Positions 10,976-21,660 of a stretch of 64,000 bases of DNA are shown here, piece after piece (the stretch's first letter is position 1; every line of letters starts with the position of its first letter). Position numbers and translations under genes: made by a program. The stretch covers positions 1,664,001 through 1,728,000 of the forward strand of contig CAXXLV010000002.1 in the NCBI GenBank assembly GCA_963664305.2, read 5' to 3'. Below the pieces are notes generated by a model. That model did not search any database. It saw only the letters and a list, made by a program, of their open reading frames with translations, and was not told the origin of the DNA. The stretch comes from an uncultured Aliarcobacter sp. Its GTDB lineage: Bacteria > Campylobacterota > Campylobacteria > Campylobacterales > Arcobacteraceae.

Positions 10976-11941
10976 TTAAAATGGCAAATAAATCTTATCT
11001 AAAAGTTCTTCATACTCTAAATTAACATCACTATCACAAGTGATTCCTCCACCACTTTTATAAAACTTTTCACCATTTTTTTCTTCAATAAATCTAATCA
11101 TTACTGAACTATCAAGATTTTTTCCATCAAATACTCCAAAAATTCCTGTATAAAAATCTCTATCATAATCTTCTATATTTTTTAATATTTCAATAGTTTT
11201 CTTTTTTGGTGTTCCAGTTATTGAACCTGCTGGTAAAATTGAAGTGATTATATCTCCAATATTTTCACTCCAATTATCTTCTAAAGATGCAGAAATTTTT
11301 GAGCTAACTTGCAATAACTCTTTATTTCCCGCATTTATTGTATCAATATATCTAAAACTTTCAACTCTCACATTTGAAGCAATAATCCCTAAATCATTTC
11401 TAAGTAAATCAACTACCATGGTATGTTCTGACATCTCTTTTAAATTATTTAGAATCTTTTCTTTAGCATTTGGAATATTGGCATCAATCGTACCTTTCAT
11501 AGGATATGTAAAAATTTTATTTTCTTTGATTTCTACAAATCTCTCAGGAGAAAAACATACAAAATCTTCATCTTGATTTTTAAATCTTAATTTAAATTTA
11601 CTTTTTGTATTTTCAAAAATTTCATCTAAAGATAAATCTATTTTAATTTTTGTTTTTGCAGTTAAATTTAAAAGATAACTATTACCTTTTTTTATCTCTT
11701 CTTGTAAAATATCAAACTTCTTTTTATATTCGTCAAAAGATATAGGAAATTTTTCAAGGTTTGATTTTTTAGAAGTTGTTGGAGATTCTTCTTTTTGATT
11801 TAATTCATATTTAATTGAAGATGGAAGAGAAGATAGCTTTTCTATGTAAAACTTACTTAGGTCGTAAGATATTACAAATAAAAATGGCTCTTTTAAAGAA
11901 CCAAATTTATTTAGTTTTTCTTTTATTAATTCTTTGCTCAA
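10976..11941 (-). CDS. pabB: Aminodeoxychorismate synthase component I (short form)
   Basis: FSPERF, PMKGT, EHTMVVDLLRNDLG, PAGSITGTPK, GGGIT. Confidence 0.9.
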   Translation of the reverse strand: MSKELIKEKLNKFGSLKEPFLFVISYDLSKFYIEKLSSLPSSIKYELNQKEESPTTSKKSNLEKFPISFDEYKKKFDILQEEIKKGNSYLLNLTAKTKIKIDLSLDEIFENTKSKFKLRFKNQDEDFVCFSPERFVEIKENKIFTYPMKGTIDANIPNAKEKILNNLKEMSEHTMVVDLLRNDLGIIASNVRVESFRYIDTINAGNKELLQVSSKISASLEDNWSENIGDIITSILPAGSITGTPKKKTIEILKNIEDYDRDFYTGIFGVFDGKNLDSSVMIRFIEEKNGEKFYKSGGGITCDSDVNLEYEELLDKIYLPF

Positions 11942-11944
11942 TTT

Positions 11945-12823
11945 TTACTTTAAAATTAGTTTTTTTAGCACTGCAGCACGAATAGCAACACCATGAGTAA
12001 CTTGTTGTAAAACTTTACATCTTGGGTCTTTTAACATTTCATCACTAATATCTACATTTCTATTTACTGGACCTGGATGTAAAAGTAAAATATCTCTATC
12101 TCCAACTACTTCATTTGTAATACAATAATCTTTTGCGTACTCATTTAATGATTCAAAATATACTTGATTATGTCTTTCAAGTTGAGTTCTTAAACTCATA
12201 ATTACATCTAGTTCATCAATTACATCTGATAGTTTTGTGTAAGTTTTGAAATCAGTTCCTTCATATCTAAAACATTCAGGACTTACAAAACAAACTTCCA
12301 TTCCAAAAGTTGGTAATAATCTTTTATTTGACCCAGCAACTCTTGAAGTTCTTACATCTCCAACAATCGCAACTTTTTTACCTTCTGTTTTTCCATCAAA
12401 ATGCTCATAAATTGTAAATAAATCTAATAAAGCTTGAGTTGGATGTGCATGTTTTCCATCACCTGCGTTTATAATTGGACAATCTACAAATCCCGTTAAA
12501 CTCTCTGGTAATCCACATTCACTGTGTCTAATAATAATTGCGTCAGGTTTCATCGCATTTATATTTGCAACTGTATCAAAAATTGTTTCACCTTTACTTG
12601 TTGAAGACGTACTTACATCTAAAGAAACAACTTCAGCTCCCAATCTTTTAGCTGCAATTTCAAATGAACTTCTTGTTCTTGTAGAATTTTCAAAAAACAG
12701 AGTAACAATAATTTTACCTTTTAAAATTTCATTTGGTTCAAATTTTAAAAACTCTCTTGTATCTTCAAATAAACTAAAAATTTCTTCTTTAGAAAAATCA
12801 GAAGTTCTAATCAAATGCTGCAT
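11945..12823 (-). CDS. pyrB: Aspartate carbamoyltransferase catalytic subunit
   Basis: FFENSTRTRSSFE, INAGDG-HPTQALLD, LHPGP. Confidence 0.98.
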   Translation of the reverse strand: MQHLIRTSDFSKEEIFSLFEDTREFLKFEPNEILKGKIIVTLFFENSTRTRSSFEIAAKRLGAEVVSLDVSTSSTSKGETIFDTVANINAMKPDAIIIRHSECGLPESLTGFVDCPIINAGDGKHAHPTQALLDLFTIYEHFDGKTEGKKVAIVGDVRTSRVAGSNKRLLPTFGMEVCFVSPECFRYEGTDFKTYTKLSDVIDELDVIMSLRTQLERHNQVYFESLNEYAKDYCITNEVVGDRDILLLHPGPVNRNVDISDEMLKDPRCKVLQQVTHGVAIRAAVLKKLILK

Positions 12824-12919
12824 TTTTTTCCTTTAATTTTAGTTTGGATTTTAGCAAAAAGGAGTTTAAAAAATAAAACTTTTTGTATAATTCAAAACTT
12901 TATTTTTTAAGGCTTTTTT

Positions 12920-15250
12920 ATGAAATTACAATTTATTTTTATTTTTTTGTTTACTCTTTTATTCACAGCTTGTTCAGTAAAACCTTTAGAACCTGTAAAT
13001 TTTGAAACTGTAAATAAAGAAATTTCTTTTACAAAAGATATAAAACCAATTTTAGATAACAGATGTGTTTCTTGTCACTCATGTTATAACTCTCCTTGTC
13101 AATTAAAACTCTCTTCTTATGAAGGATTAGAAAGAGGAGGCTCAAAAGCTAATGTTTATGCAAATAGAATGAATGCTGAAGACCCTACAAGACTATTTGT
13201 TGATGCTACAAATGAAAAAGCTTGGAGAGGAAAAGGCTTTTTTTCTATGGTTGATTATTTAGAAAATTCAAATGAATCAATTATGATGCAATATCTTTTT
13301 CAAAAAGACAAAAATCCTTTAAACATAGGAACTTATTCACCTGAAACAGATAAAGTATCATGTGTAAAAGATAAAGAAGAGTTAGCAATATTTTTTGATG
13401 AAAATCCTCATAAAGGAATGCCTTATGGATTTCCAGCACTTAAAAAAGAAGAATACAATCTTTTAATGACTTGGTTAAAGCAAGGAGCAATAGATGATAC
13501 AAAAAAAGATGATTTTAATAATTTTGAAAGAGAACAGATAAAAAAATTTGAAGAATTTTTAAATAACAAAGAGACAAAACATCAAGTAACAGCAAGATAT
13601 ATTTATGAACATCTATTTTTAGCTCATATTACTTTTGATGAAAAAAGTGGCAATTTTTTTGAATTAATTCGTTCAAGAACTCCAAGTGGATATAAACCAA
13701 AAATCATTGCAACAAGATTTCCTTATGATGAAGTAAAAGAACCTTTTTATTATAGATTTAGAAAAATTGAATCAACAATTGTTCATAAAACACATATGGT
13801 TTATGAATTGAATGATAAAAAATTAGCTAGATACAAAGAATTATTTCTTGAACCAAAATGGGAGCAAAAACCATATTTACCCCCTTATGATAGCAAAATT
13901 TCTGCAAATGCTTTAAGAACTTTTGAACAAATACCTGCAAGTAGTAGATATCAATTTTTACTTGATGATATTCATTTTATTATTATGAATTTTATTAGAG
14001 GTCCAGTTTGTAGAGGACAGATTGCATTAAATGTGATAAATGACCATTTTTGGGTAATGTTTTTGGACCCAAAATATGATTTAAGTTTACAAGATAAATA
14101 TTTTTTACATGATAATATTCCAAACTTATCAATTCCAAATGAATATGGAGAAGACCCAAGTTTATTTAAAACATTTAAAGCATTGGATAATTATGAATTA
14201 GCAAAAAAATATGAAACAAATAAAGCCTTAGTATATAAACAATATTATCCAAAAGGTTTAAATCTTGATGCTATTTGGAAAGGAAATAAACAAGAAGAAA
14301 ATGATTCAATTTTAACAATATATAGACATTTTGATTCAGCTTCTGTTCATAAAGGAGCTCTTGGTGATATTCCAAAAACTTTATGGGTAATTGATTTTCC
14401 TTTACTTGAAAGAATTTATTACTCTTTAGTTGCAGGTTTTGATATATTTGGAAATACTGCTCATCAATTACTTGTTAGAACACATATGGATAGACTTAGA
14501 ATTGAGGGAGAGAGTAATTTCTTAGAATTTTTACCAAAGGAATCAAGGCAAGATTATTTTAACTCTTGGTATGAAGGTTGGCTTGCTCAATATTTAGCTG
14601 TTTATGTTCCTTCAAATAATCCTGTTGATATAAAATATAAAACAAAAGATTTCAAAAAAGAGTTTGTAAATAGAGTCTTAGATTATACAAATACAAAAAG
14701 AGATTCTATTAATTTTATAGAAGACAATTATAAAAAAAGTGAAATAAAAAAAGTTTACAATACAAAAGAAGAGATAGAAGAGACATTTAAAACTCTAACT
14801 TTACCAAACAGTTCTGAAATAATAAAACATTTTACAGATGGTGAATCAAATCTAGCTCATATTAGAATAAAAATGAATTCGGGTGAAGACTTTGTTTATA
14901 CACTTGTAATCAATAGATGGCACAAAAATGTAGCTTTACTTTTTGATGAAGAATCAAGACTTGACCCATCAAAAGACAGAATAAATTTTGTAAGAGGACT
15001 AATAGGTTCTTATCCTAATGTTTTTGTGGTTGTAAATCAAAATGATTTAAGTGATTTTTTCAATCTTTTACAAAATTATAAAGATACTCCAAATGATGAT
15101 ATTAGAATTGCAAAATATGCTGTAAATAGAGCTGATTCTAATTTTTGGGAAAATTATGATTGGTTTAATGAGGCGCTTAAAAAACAAGACCCCTTACAAT
15201 CTGGTCTATTTGATTTAAATAGATATTATAGTAAAGCTATAAAACGATAA
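12920..15250 (+). CDS. cti: Fatty acid cis/trans isomerase (c-type heme), predicted lipoprotein
   Basis: IKPILDNRCVSCHSCYNSPCQLKL (CxxCH), PTRLFVDA, YEHLFLAH, FIRGPVCRGQIALNVI, LFDLNRY; 776 aa; lipobox LFTA-C. Confidence 0.93.
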   Translation: MKLQFIFIFLFTLLFTACSVKPLEPVNFETVNKEISFTKDIKPILDNRCVSCHSCYNSPCQLKLSSYEGLERGGSKANVYANRMNAEDPTRLFVDATNEKAWRGKGFFSMVDYLENSNESIMMQYLFQKDKNPLNIGTYSPETDKVSCVKDKEELAIFFDENPHKGMPYGFPALKKEEYNLLMTWLKQGAIDDTKKDDFNNFEREQIKKFEEFLNNKETKHQVTARYIYEHLFLAHITFDEKSGNFFELIRSRTPSGYKPKIIATRFPYDEVKEPFYYRFRKIESTIVHKTHMVYELNDKKLARYKELFLEPKWEQKPYLPPYDSKISANALRTFEQIPASSRYQFLLDDIHFIIMNFIRGPVCRGQIALNVINDHFWVMFLDPKYDLSLQDKYFLHDNIPNLSIPNEYGEDPSLFKTFKALDNYELAKKYETNKALVYKQYYPKGLNLDAIWKGNKQEENDSILTIYRHFDSASVHKGALGDIPKTLWVIDFPLLERIYYSLVAGFDIFGNTAHQLLVRTHMDRLRIEGESNFLEFLPKESRQDYFNSWYEGWLAQYLAVYVPSNNPVDIKYKTKDFKKEFVNRVLDYTNTKRDSINFIEDNYKKSEIKKVYNTKEEIEETFKTLTLPNSSEIIKHFTDGESNLAHIRIKMNSGEDFVYTLVINRWHKNVALLFDEESRLDPSKDRINFVRGLIGSYPNVFVVVNQNDLSDFFNLLQNYKDTPNDDIRIAKYAVNRADSNFWENYDWFNEALKKQDPLQSGLFDLNRYYSKAIKR

Positions 15251-15311
15251 TTATATATATTTTAGATATAATTTTTGCCAAAAATATATCTAATTTTTTT
15301 AGGAAAAATAA

Positions 15312-16511
15312 ATGAATGAACAATTAGAACAAATGGATAAAGAGTATGTACTTCATACTTATGCAAGAAATTATGTAAATTTTAAAAAAGGTATAAATGC
15401 TACTTTATTTGATGAGAATGATAAAGATTATATAGATTTTACTTCTGGAATTGCAGTTTGTAGTGTAGGTCACGGAAATAAAAGAGTTGCTGATAAAATT
15501 TATGAACAAGTTTCAAATATAACTCATATTTCAAATTTATATGCAATTGAACCTCAAGCAAAATTAGCAAAAAGAATAAAAGAGTTAAGTGGTTACGATA
15601 TTAGAACATTTTTCTCAAATAGTGGTGCAGAAGCAAATGAAGGTGCTATTAAAATTGCTAGAAAATATGGTGAAACAAAATTTGAAAATAAAAGATATAA
15701 AGTTATCACTTTAGAGCACTCTTTTCATGGAAGAACAATTACAACTGTAAAAGCGACTGGACAAAGTTCTATGCACACTCCAAACTTTGCTCCATATCCT
15801 GATGGTTTTTCATATCACAATAAAATTGATGATATTTATAACTCTATTGATAATGAAACTGTTGCTGTTATGATTGAACTTGTTCAAGGAGAAGGTGGAG
15901 TTCAACCTTTTGATAAAAAAGAGATTCAAGAGTTAGCGAAATTCTTAAAAGAGAATGATATTTTACTAATTATTGATGAAGTTCAAACAGGAGTATTTAG
16001 AACTGGTGAATTTTTAGCTTCAAATTTATATGAAATTGAACCAGATATTGTTACATTAGCAAAAGGTTTAGGTGGTGGTGTTCCAATTGGTGCAGTATTA
16101 ACTACACATAAAGATATTTTCAATCCTGGTGACCATGGTTCAACTTTTGGAGGAAATTATTTAGTAACAACTGCTGCTTTAGAAGTTTTAGATATTTTAG
16201 AAGAGACTAAAGATAGTGGTGTATTAGATGAAACTATTATATATTTCAATACAAAACTAAATGAAGTATATGAAAAAAACACAGAACTATTTACTGACAA
16301 TGTAGGTCTTGGACTTATGAGAGGATTAAGAGCAAAAGATGCAGATACTTTAGCACTTATCATAAAAACTGCATTTGAATATGGTGTTTTAGTTTTAAAA
16401 GCAGGTAAAAATACTCTAAGACTTCTTCCTGCACTTACTATTTCAAAAGCTGAGATTGACGAAGGTTTCAGAAGGTTAGAAAATGCACTTGATAAAATCA
16501 AGCAAGGTTAA
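15312..16511 (+). CDS. argD: Acetylornithine aminotransferase (class III)
   Basis: NSGAEANE, SFHGRT, IIDEVQTG, TLAKGLGGG, HGSTFGGN. Confidence 0.92.
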   Translation: MNEQLEQMDKEYVLHTYARNYVNFKKGINATLFDENDKDYIDFTSGIAVCSVGHGNKRVADKIYEQVSNITHISNLYAIEPQAKLAKRIKELSGYDIRTFFSNSGAEANEGAIKIARKYGETKFENKRYKVITLEHSFHGRTITTVKATGQSSMHTPNFAPYPDGFSYHNKIDDIYNSIDNETVAVMIELVQGEGGVQPFDKKEIQELAKFLKENDILLIIDEVQTGVFRTGEFLASNLYEIEPDIVTLAKGLGGGVPIGAVLTTHKDIFNPGDHGSTFGGNYLVTTAALEVLDILEETKDSGVLDETIIYFNTKLNEVYEKNTELFTDNVGLGLMRGLRAKDADTLALIIKTAFEYGVLVLKAGKNTLRLLPALTISKAEIDEGFRRLENALDKIKQG

Positions 16512-17679
16512 ACTACTTCTTTGTAGTTTAATCTCATTAAATCTTTTTGCTTCAAATGACAATTTTGATGAAAAAATAATTTCAGAAAAAAGATTAAAAG
16601 ATATTGAACTTTCACGTGAACAAATAAAAGAAGATAGTTCGAAACTTAGAAAAGATTGGATAAATCCTATTCAATATCAATACACAAAAAATTTAGGTGA
16701 AGATGATGAAACTGAACGTTCAGTGATTTCTATAAATCAACCTATTTTTCAAAGTGGTGGAATTTACAAAGCAATAAAATATGCAGATTCAACTTATGAT
16801 TATGCAGCACTTGAATTGGATAATCAACAAAAAGAATTAGTAAAACAAGCTTTAAATTATTTATACAATATTGAAAAAACAAATTTAAATATTGAAAAAG
16901 CAAAATATACTTTGGAAAATGCAAAAATTGATGTAAATAGAAAAAAAGAACAAGTTTTAAATGGCTTTTTAGATGCTTCTTATTTAGATGATGCTTTACT
17001 TACTTTAAATACTACAAAACATAATTTAGTAGATTTAAAATATCAAAAACAAGAACTTATAAATAACTTCAATAATATTTCATCAGCTGATTACACAAAA
17101 TTCGAACTTCCTATATTTAAACTTTTTAGTGAAAAAGAATTTATTGAAAATAATATAGAACTAAAAAAAGCACAAGCAGATATTGAAAAAAAAGGAAATT
17201 ATTCATATATGACTATGGCAAAATATTTGCCAAGTGTTAATGCATATTATACCTACTCAAAATATCATGATTCAGATAATAATTTTACAAAATATCCAAA
17301 AGATGCAACTCAAAATTTTGGACTTACATTAAATATTCCACTTGATACAAGAACGTTCAATGACATCCAAAGTAAAAGAATTGATTATTTAAAATCAAAA
17401 TTAAATTTTGAGAATAGCATAGATGATGAAAAAACTTTTTTCAAAACAAAACTTGAAAAGATTTCAATGCTTGATGAAAGACTACAAATTACAAGGGAAG
17501 ATTTAGAAGTTTATGATTCTATTTTAAAAATCATAAATGAAGAAAAACAAGCTCAGATAAAAACTCAAAGTGATGTCGACACTTTACAAAATTCACAAAA
17601 AATCAAATCTTTAGATTTAAAAATCTATGAAATTGATAGACAACTTGAACTTTTAGAGTTGTATGCAAAACTTCATTAG
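16483..17679 (+). CDS. TolC/OEP-family outer membrane protein
   Basis: Signal peptide, SINQPIFQSG and YLPSVNA OEP-like motifs, long amphipathic helices; overlaps argD by 29 nt. Confidence 0.78.
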   Translation: MHLIKSSKVKLLLCSLISLNLFASNDNFDEKIISEKRLKDIELSREQIKEDSSKLRKDWINPIQYQYTKNLGEDDETERSVISINQPIFQSGGIYKAIKYADSTYDYAALELDNQQKELVKQALNYLYNIEKTNLNIEKAKYTLENAKIDVNRKKEQVLNGFLDASYLDDALLTLNTTKHNLVDLKYQKQELINNFNNISSADYTKFELPIFKLFSEKEFIENNIELKKAQADIEKKGNYSYMTMAKYLPSVNAYYTYSKYHDSDNNFTKYPKDATQNFGLTLNIPLDTRTFNDIQSKRIDYLKSKLNFENSIDDEKTFFKTKLEKISMLDERLQITREDLEVYDSILKIINEEKQAQIKTQSDVDTLQNSQKIKSLDLKIYEIDRQLELLELYAKLH

Positions 17680-17689
17680 AAGTTTTGCA
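17664..17689. terminator. Bidirectional hairpin between tolC-like gene and pyk
   Basis: TGCAAAACTTC-ATTA-GAAGTTTTGCA perfect 11-bp stem. Confidence 0.6.
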
Positions 17690-17698
17690 AATATTCAA

Positions 17699-19165
17699 CT
17701 ATTTAGATTTTTTCTCTTTTTCTTTAGTTTCTTTAAAATTTAAATAATATTCCATTTCTGATGGAGTTAAGATTTTAATAGTATTTGTACTTCCTGGCAT
17801 TCCAACTGGATAACCAACTGTTGCTACATATAAACCTTTTTTATTTAATAAACCTTTTTCATCTAAAGCTTTTAACATTTTTTGAAACATTTTAGAAGCT
17901 TGTGCCTCTTTGATTGTTCCAACTGGTTCAACTCCCCAAATAGCAGTTAGAGAATTTAATATTTTTTTCTTATGTGTAAATGTAAATATAGGAGTTTTAG
18001 GTCTATATCTTGACATTTTTGTAGCAGATTTTCCTGAACTTGTTAATGCTAAAATACCATCAGCTTTTAAATCATCTGCAAGTTTTGTAACTGTTGCTTG
18101 AATAACATCAAATTCATCTAAATATGGGAATTTATATTGTTTATCATAATTATAAATACCTTCTGTTTTAGCAATAATATTATGCATTGTATCAACTACG
18201 TTTACTGGGTCTTCTCCAACTGCACTCTCTTCACTAAGCATTACAACATCTGTCCCATCTAAAACAGCATTTGCAACGTCTGAAATTTCAGCTCTAGTTG
18301 CTCTTTCATTTTGAGTCATTGATAAAAGCATTTGAGTTGCAGTAATTACTGGAATTCCTTTTAAATTTGCTTTTTTGATAAGCATTTTTTGAATAGTAGG
18401 AACATCATAATATGGAACTTCAATTCCTAAATCTCCCCTAGCAACCATTAATCCATCACTAGCTTCAATAATTTCATCAATATTTTCAACAGCATCAAAT
18501 TTTTCAATTTTTGCTATTAATTTCCCTTTGTAACCATTTAAAAGATTTCTAGCTTTTCTCATATCTCTTGCATTTTGAACAAATGAAATAGCAAAATAAT
18601 CTACTTCATTTTCAACACCCCAAGCGATATCTTTTTCATCTTTTTTTGTAATTACATCAATATCAATTACTGTATTTGGAAAATTCACACCTTTTCTTGA
18701 AGATAAAGTTCCATGATTTTCAATTTTTGCTTTTACTTCTTTTCCTGTTTCAATAACTTTTGCTCTAATTGTTCCATCATATAAATAGATATATTCATCA
18801 ATTTTCACTTTATCTAAAATATCTGGATAATTAATTGATACAACATACTCTTTATCAGCTTTTTTATATCCAACTATTTCATCTTTTAAAAAAGTTATAA
18901 CATCATCTCTATAAAGTGAAAAAGGCTCTTTTAAATCCCCTATTCTTACTTTTGGTCCTGAAATATCTTGTAAAATACCTACTGTTTTCCCTGTATTTTT
19001 CATTGCTGTTCTAATATTATTTAATGTTTCTAAATGATATTCATGACTTCCATGTGAGAAATTTAATCTAAACATGTTTGCACCAGCTTTAATCAATCCT
19101 TCAATCATTTCTATACTATGGCTTGCTGGGCCTAAAGTTGCTAATATTTTTGTTCTTTTTTCCAT
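17699..19165 (-). CDS. pyk: Pyruvate kinase
   Basis: TKILATLGPAS, RLNFSHG, IAKIE, MVARGDLGIE, TATQML; extended -10 TGTTATAAT at 19199-19191. Confidence 0.99.
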   Translation of the reverse strand: MEKRTKILATLGPASHSIEMIEGLIKAGANMFRLNFSHGSHEYHLETLNNIRTAMKNTGKTVGILQDISGPKVRIGDLKEPFSLYRDDVITFLKDEIVGYKKADKEYVVSINYPDILDKVKIDEYIYLYDGTIRAKVIETGKEVKAKIENHGTLSSRKGVNFPNTVIDIDVITKKDEKDIAWGVENEVDYFAISFVQNARDMRKARNLLNGYKGKLIAKIEKFDAVENIDEIIEASDGLMVARGDLGIEVPYYDVPTIQKMLIKKANLKGIPVITATQMLLSMTQNERATRAEISDVANAVLDGTDVVMLSEESAVGEDPVNVVDTMHNIIAKTEGIYNYDKQYKFPYLDEFDVIQATVTKLADDLKADGILALTSSGKSATKMSRYRPKTPIFTFTHKKKILNSLTAIWGVEPVGTIKEAQASKMFQKMLKALDEKGLLNKKGLYVATVGYPVGMPGSTNTIKILTPSEMEYYLNFKETKEKEKKSK

Positions 19166-19293
19166 AGATTCTCCTTTTAAACTTATGAAAATTATAACAT
19201 AAAATAATTACAATAAAGTAACGAATCTGTTTCACTATTTTTACATGATTAATATGTTAAAATCAGCTATCAATTAAATTAAAAAGGTTTATT

Positions 19294-20019
19294 ATGAAAT
19301 TTATTAATATTAAAACTTTATTATCAGGTGCAGTAATTGCTAGTTTACTAACTGGTTGTGCACAAAAAACTGGAAATGAAACTTATGATAATAATCAAAA
19401 TGCGATTATAGGAACAACTATTGGAGCAATTGCTGGTATTGTTTTAGGAAATAATATTGGTGGTGGTAACAAAGGAAGAAATAAAGTAATTGGTGCAGTT
19501 GCTGGTGCAGCTATTGGTGGAGCTATTGGATATAGTATGGATAAACAAGCTCAAGAAGTTGCTCAAAGTTTAAATACTAATGTAAATAATAATCCAAATG
19601 CCGTTTTAGACCCAAATCAAGATTTAATCGTTTCAAATACTGACAACTACGTAAAAGTTATGTTCAGAGATGATATGATGTTTGAAACAAACTCTGCAAA
19701 TCCAACTTACAGTGCTCAAACAAAGATTGCTAAAATAACTTCTGTTTTAGATAAATATCCAAATACTTTAGTTCAAGTTGTTGGTCATACAGATAGTAGG
19801 GGTTCACATGCATATAACCAAACATTATCTGACCAAAGAGCTTCAAATGTTGGAAATATTATTTATAATTCAGGTGTAAAAAATCAAATCTTCTCAAGAG
19901 GTTGTTCTTTTGATAAACCAGTTGCATTAAACAATAGTGATGCAAATATGGCTCTAAATAGAAGAGTTGAAGTTTATTTATATCCAAATCAACAATCTGT
20001 AATTGATGTTTGTAAATAA
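19294..20019 (+). CDS. OmpA-family lipoprotein with glycine zipper (YiaD-like)
   Basis: Lipobox LLTG-C, glycine zipper, VGHTDSRG-YNQTLSDQRA and NRRVE peptidoglycan-binding motifs. Confidence 0.92.
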   Translation: MKFINIKTLLSGAVIASLLTGCAQKTGNETYDNNQNAIIGTTIGAIAGIVLGNNIGGGNKGRNKVIGAVAGAAIGGAIGYSMDKQAQEVAQSLNTNVNNNPNAVLDPNQDLIVSNTDNYVKVMFRDDMMFETNSANPTYSAQTKIAKITSVLDKYPNTLVQVVGHTDSRGSHAYNQTLSDQRASNVGNIIYNSGVKNQIFSRGCSFDKPVALNNSDANMALNRRVEVYLYPNQQSVIDVCK

Positions 20020-20049
20020 AAGGTAAAACCTTTTATTTACACCTTTTTT
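20011..20049 (+). terminator. Intrinsic terminator of ompA-family gene
   Basis: 14-bp stem TGTAAATAAAAGGT-AAA-ACCTTTTATTTACA, then CCTTTTTT. Confidence 0.75.
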
Positions 20050-20062
20050 GATACAATCATAT

Positions 20063-21070
20063 ATGATTAAATTTAGTACATATTTTAATGATTGGCTTTA
20101 TGGCGAAAATGGATATTATTCAAACTACAAAGAGATAGGAAAAGATGGTGATTTTTTCACTTCCGTCTCAACTTCTTCTTTTTTTGGTGGTACAATTGCA
20201 AAAAAAATCATTAGCTCAATTGAAGATGGATTTCTACCAAAAAATACAACAATTTTAGAAATTGGTGCTCATCATGGATATTTACTTGCAGATATAATTC
20301 AATTTATATATACATTAAAACCCAAACTTCTTGATACTCTAAATTTTGCAATAGTTGAAAGATTTGAAAATCTTCAAAATCAACAAAAAAAATATTTACA
20401 AGAATCTTTTGGAAATATTATCAAACTAAAACATTTTAATGATATTTCTGAAGTTAAACTTGAAAATGCCTATATTATTGCAAATGAAATTTTCGACGCT
20501 TTTTCTTGTGATTTAGTTTATACAAATAATAAAAATATTTTACAAATTGCAATGGTAGAAAATCACAAAATAGAGTTTATTGATTGTGTTGATGAAGAAA
20601 TTTTAAGTCATTGTAAAAAATACTCTATCACAAAAGGTGAAGTTGCTTTATCTTACAAAGATTTCGTAAATACAATTTGTAAAAATATAACTCATTTTGA
20701 ATTTTTAACTTTTGATTATGGTGACAGATTTCCAAGAAATGATTTTAGTACAAGAGTTTATGAAAAACATGCTGTTTATCCAATTTTTGAAGAAAATTTA
20801 GATTTAGAGAAACTCTATAAAAATTCAGATATTACTTATGATGTTCACTTTAATTATTTAAGTGATTGTTTTAAAGAAAATGGAATAAAAGATATAGTTT
20901 TTAATACTCAATTAAAGTCTTTAGTTGAATTTGGAATTTTAGAATTATTAGAAATTTTAAAAGCAAATGTAAACGAAAATAGTTATTTAAAAGAGATTCA
21001 AAAAGTAAAAATTTTACTAGAACCAACTGGAATGGGTGATAGATTTAAAACATTGAATATCAGAAAATAA
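20063..21070 (+). CDS. SAM-dependent methyltransferase, MidA/NDUFAF7 family
   Basis: GYY-IGKDGDFFTS, LEIGAHHG, ANEIFDAF, FDYG, DITYDVHF, MGDRFK; start placed at ATG 20063. Confidence 0.88.
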   Translation: MIKFSTYFNDWLYGENGYYSNYKEIGKDGDFFTSVSTSSFFGGTIAKKIISSIEDGFLPKNTTILEIGAHHGYLLADIIQFIYTLKPKLLDTLNFAIVERFENLQNQQKKYLQESFGNIIKLKHFNDISEVKLENAYIIANEIFDAFSCDLVYTNNKNILQIAMVENHKIEFIDCVDEEILSHCKKYSITKGEVALSYKDFVNTICKNITHFEFLTFDYGDRFPRNDFSTRVYEKHAVYPIFEENLDLEKLYKNSDITYDVHFNYLSDCFKENGIKDIVFNTQLKSLVEFGILELLEILKANVNENSYLKEIQKVKILLEPTGMGDRFKTLNIRK

Positions 21071-21122
21071 GTTAAGTGTTTGTATAATCAAACTTTATAA
21101 AAAATATAAAAAGGTTTAAAAT

Positions 21123-21323
21123 ATGACACTGATTGTAAATGGTGAAACAAAAGAGTTTGACAACTCATTTTCACTACAAGATATAATAACAAATTTACAA
21201 ATTGAAAATAAAGTAATGGCTGCTGCTGTTAATATGAATATTGTAAAAAAAGATGATTGGAAAAATTTTATTCCAAAAAACAACGATAAAATAGAACTTC
21301 TTCAATTTGTTGGTGGTGGTTGA
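21123..21323 (+). CDS. thiS: Sulfur carrier protein ThiS
   Basis: 66 aa, VNGE start, C-terminal FVGGG. Confidence 0.9.
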   Translation: MTLIVNGETKEFDNSFSLQDIITNLQIENKVMAAAVNMNIVKKDDWKNFIPKNNDKIELLQFVGGG

Positions 21324-21327
21324 TTTT

Positions 21328-21660
21328 ATGAGTAGAGAAAAAGGAGAGTTTGCTGAAAAAAAAGCAATCTCTTTTTTAGAAAACTTAAATTTTAAAATTA
21401 TTGAAAAAAACTTTTACGCTAAAAAGTTAGGTGAAATCGACATCATCGCATTAAAAAATGAAACTTATCATTTTATAGAAGTAAAATCTGCACCTGATTA
21501 TGAAACCGCAATAAACAATATCACTCCTTCTAAACTTTCAAAAATAAAAAGAAGTATAAATTACTATTTACAAATTAAAAAAATTGATGTTATTTATTCT
21601 ATTGATGCAATTATTGTAAATGAAGAAAATATTGAATTAATTGAGAATATAACTATGTGA
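21328..21660 (+). CDS. yraN: YraN (UPF0102) family putative endonuclease
   Basis: KGEFAE, IIEKNF, GEIDIIA, FIEVK; start ATG 21328. Confidence 0.9.
   Translation: MSREKGEFAEKKAISFLENLNFKIIEKNFYAKKLGEIDIIALKNETYHFIEVKSAPDYETAINNITPSKLSKIKRSINYYLQIKKIDVIYSIDAIIVNEENIELIENITM

Noticed and set aside
10976..11941. pabB as a truncated pseudogene (321 aa)
   Set aside because: Catalytic C-terminal motifs are intact and it starts 3 nt after pyrB; short PabB forms are known.
21071..21122. TPP riboswitch upstream of thiS
   Set aside because: Only ~52 nt, with no GCUGAGA or other TPP core motif.
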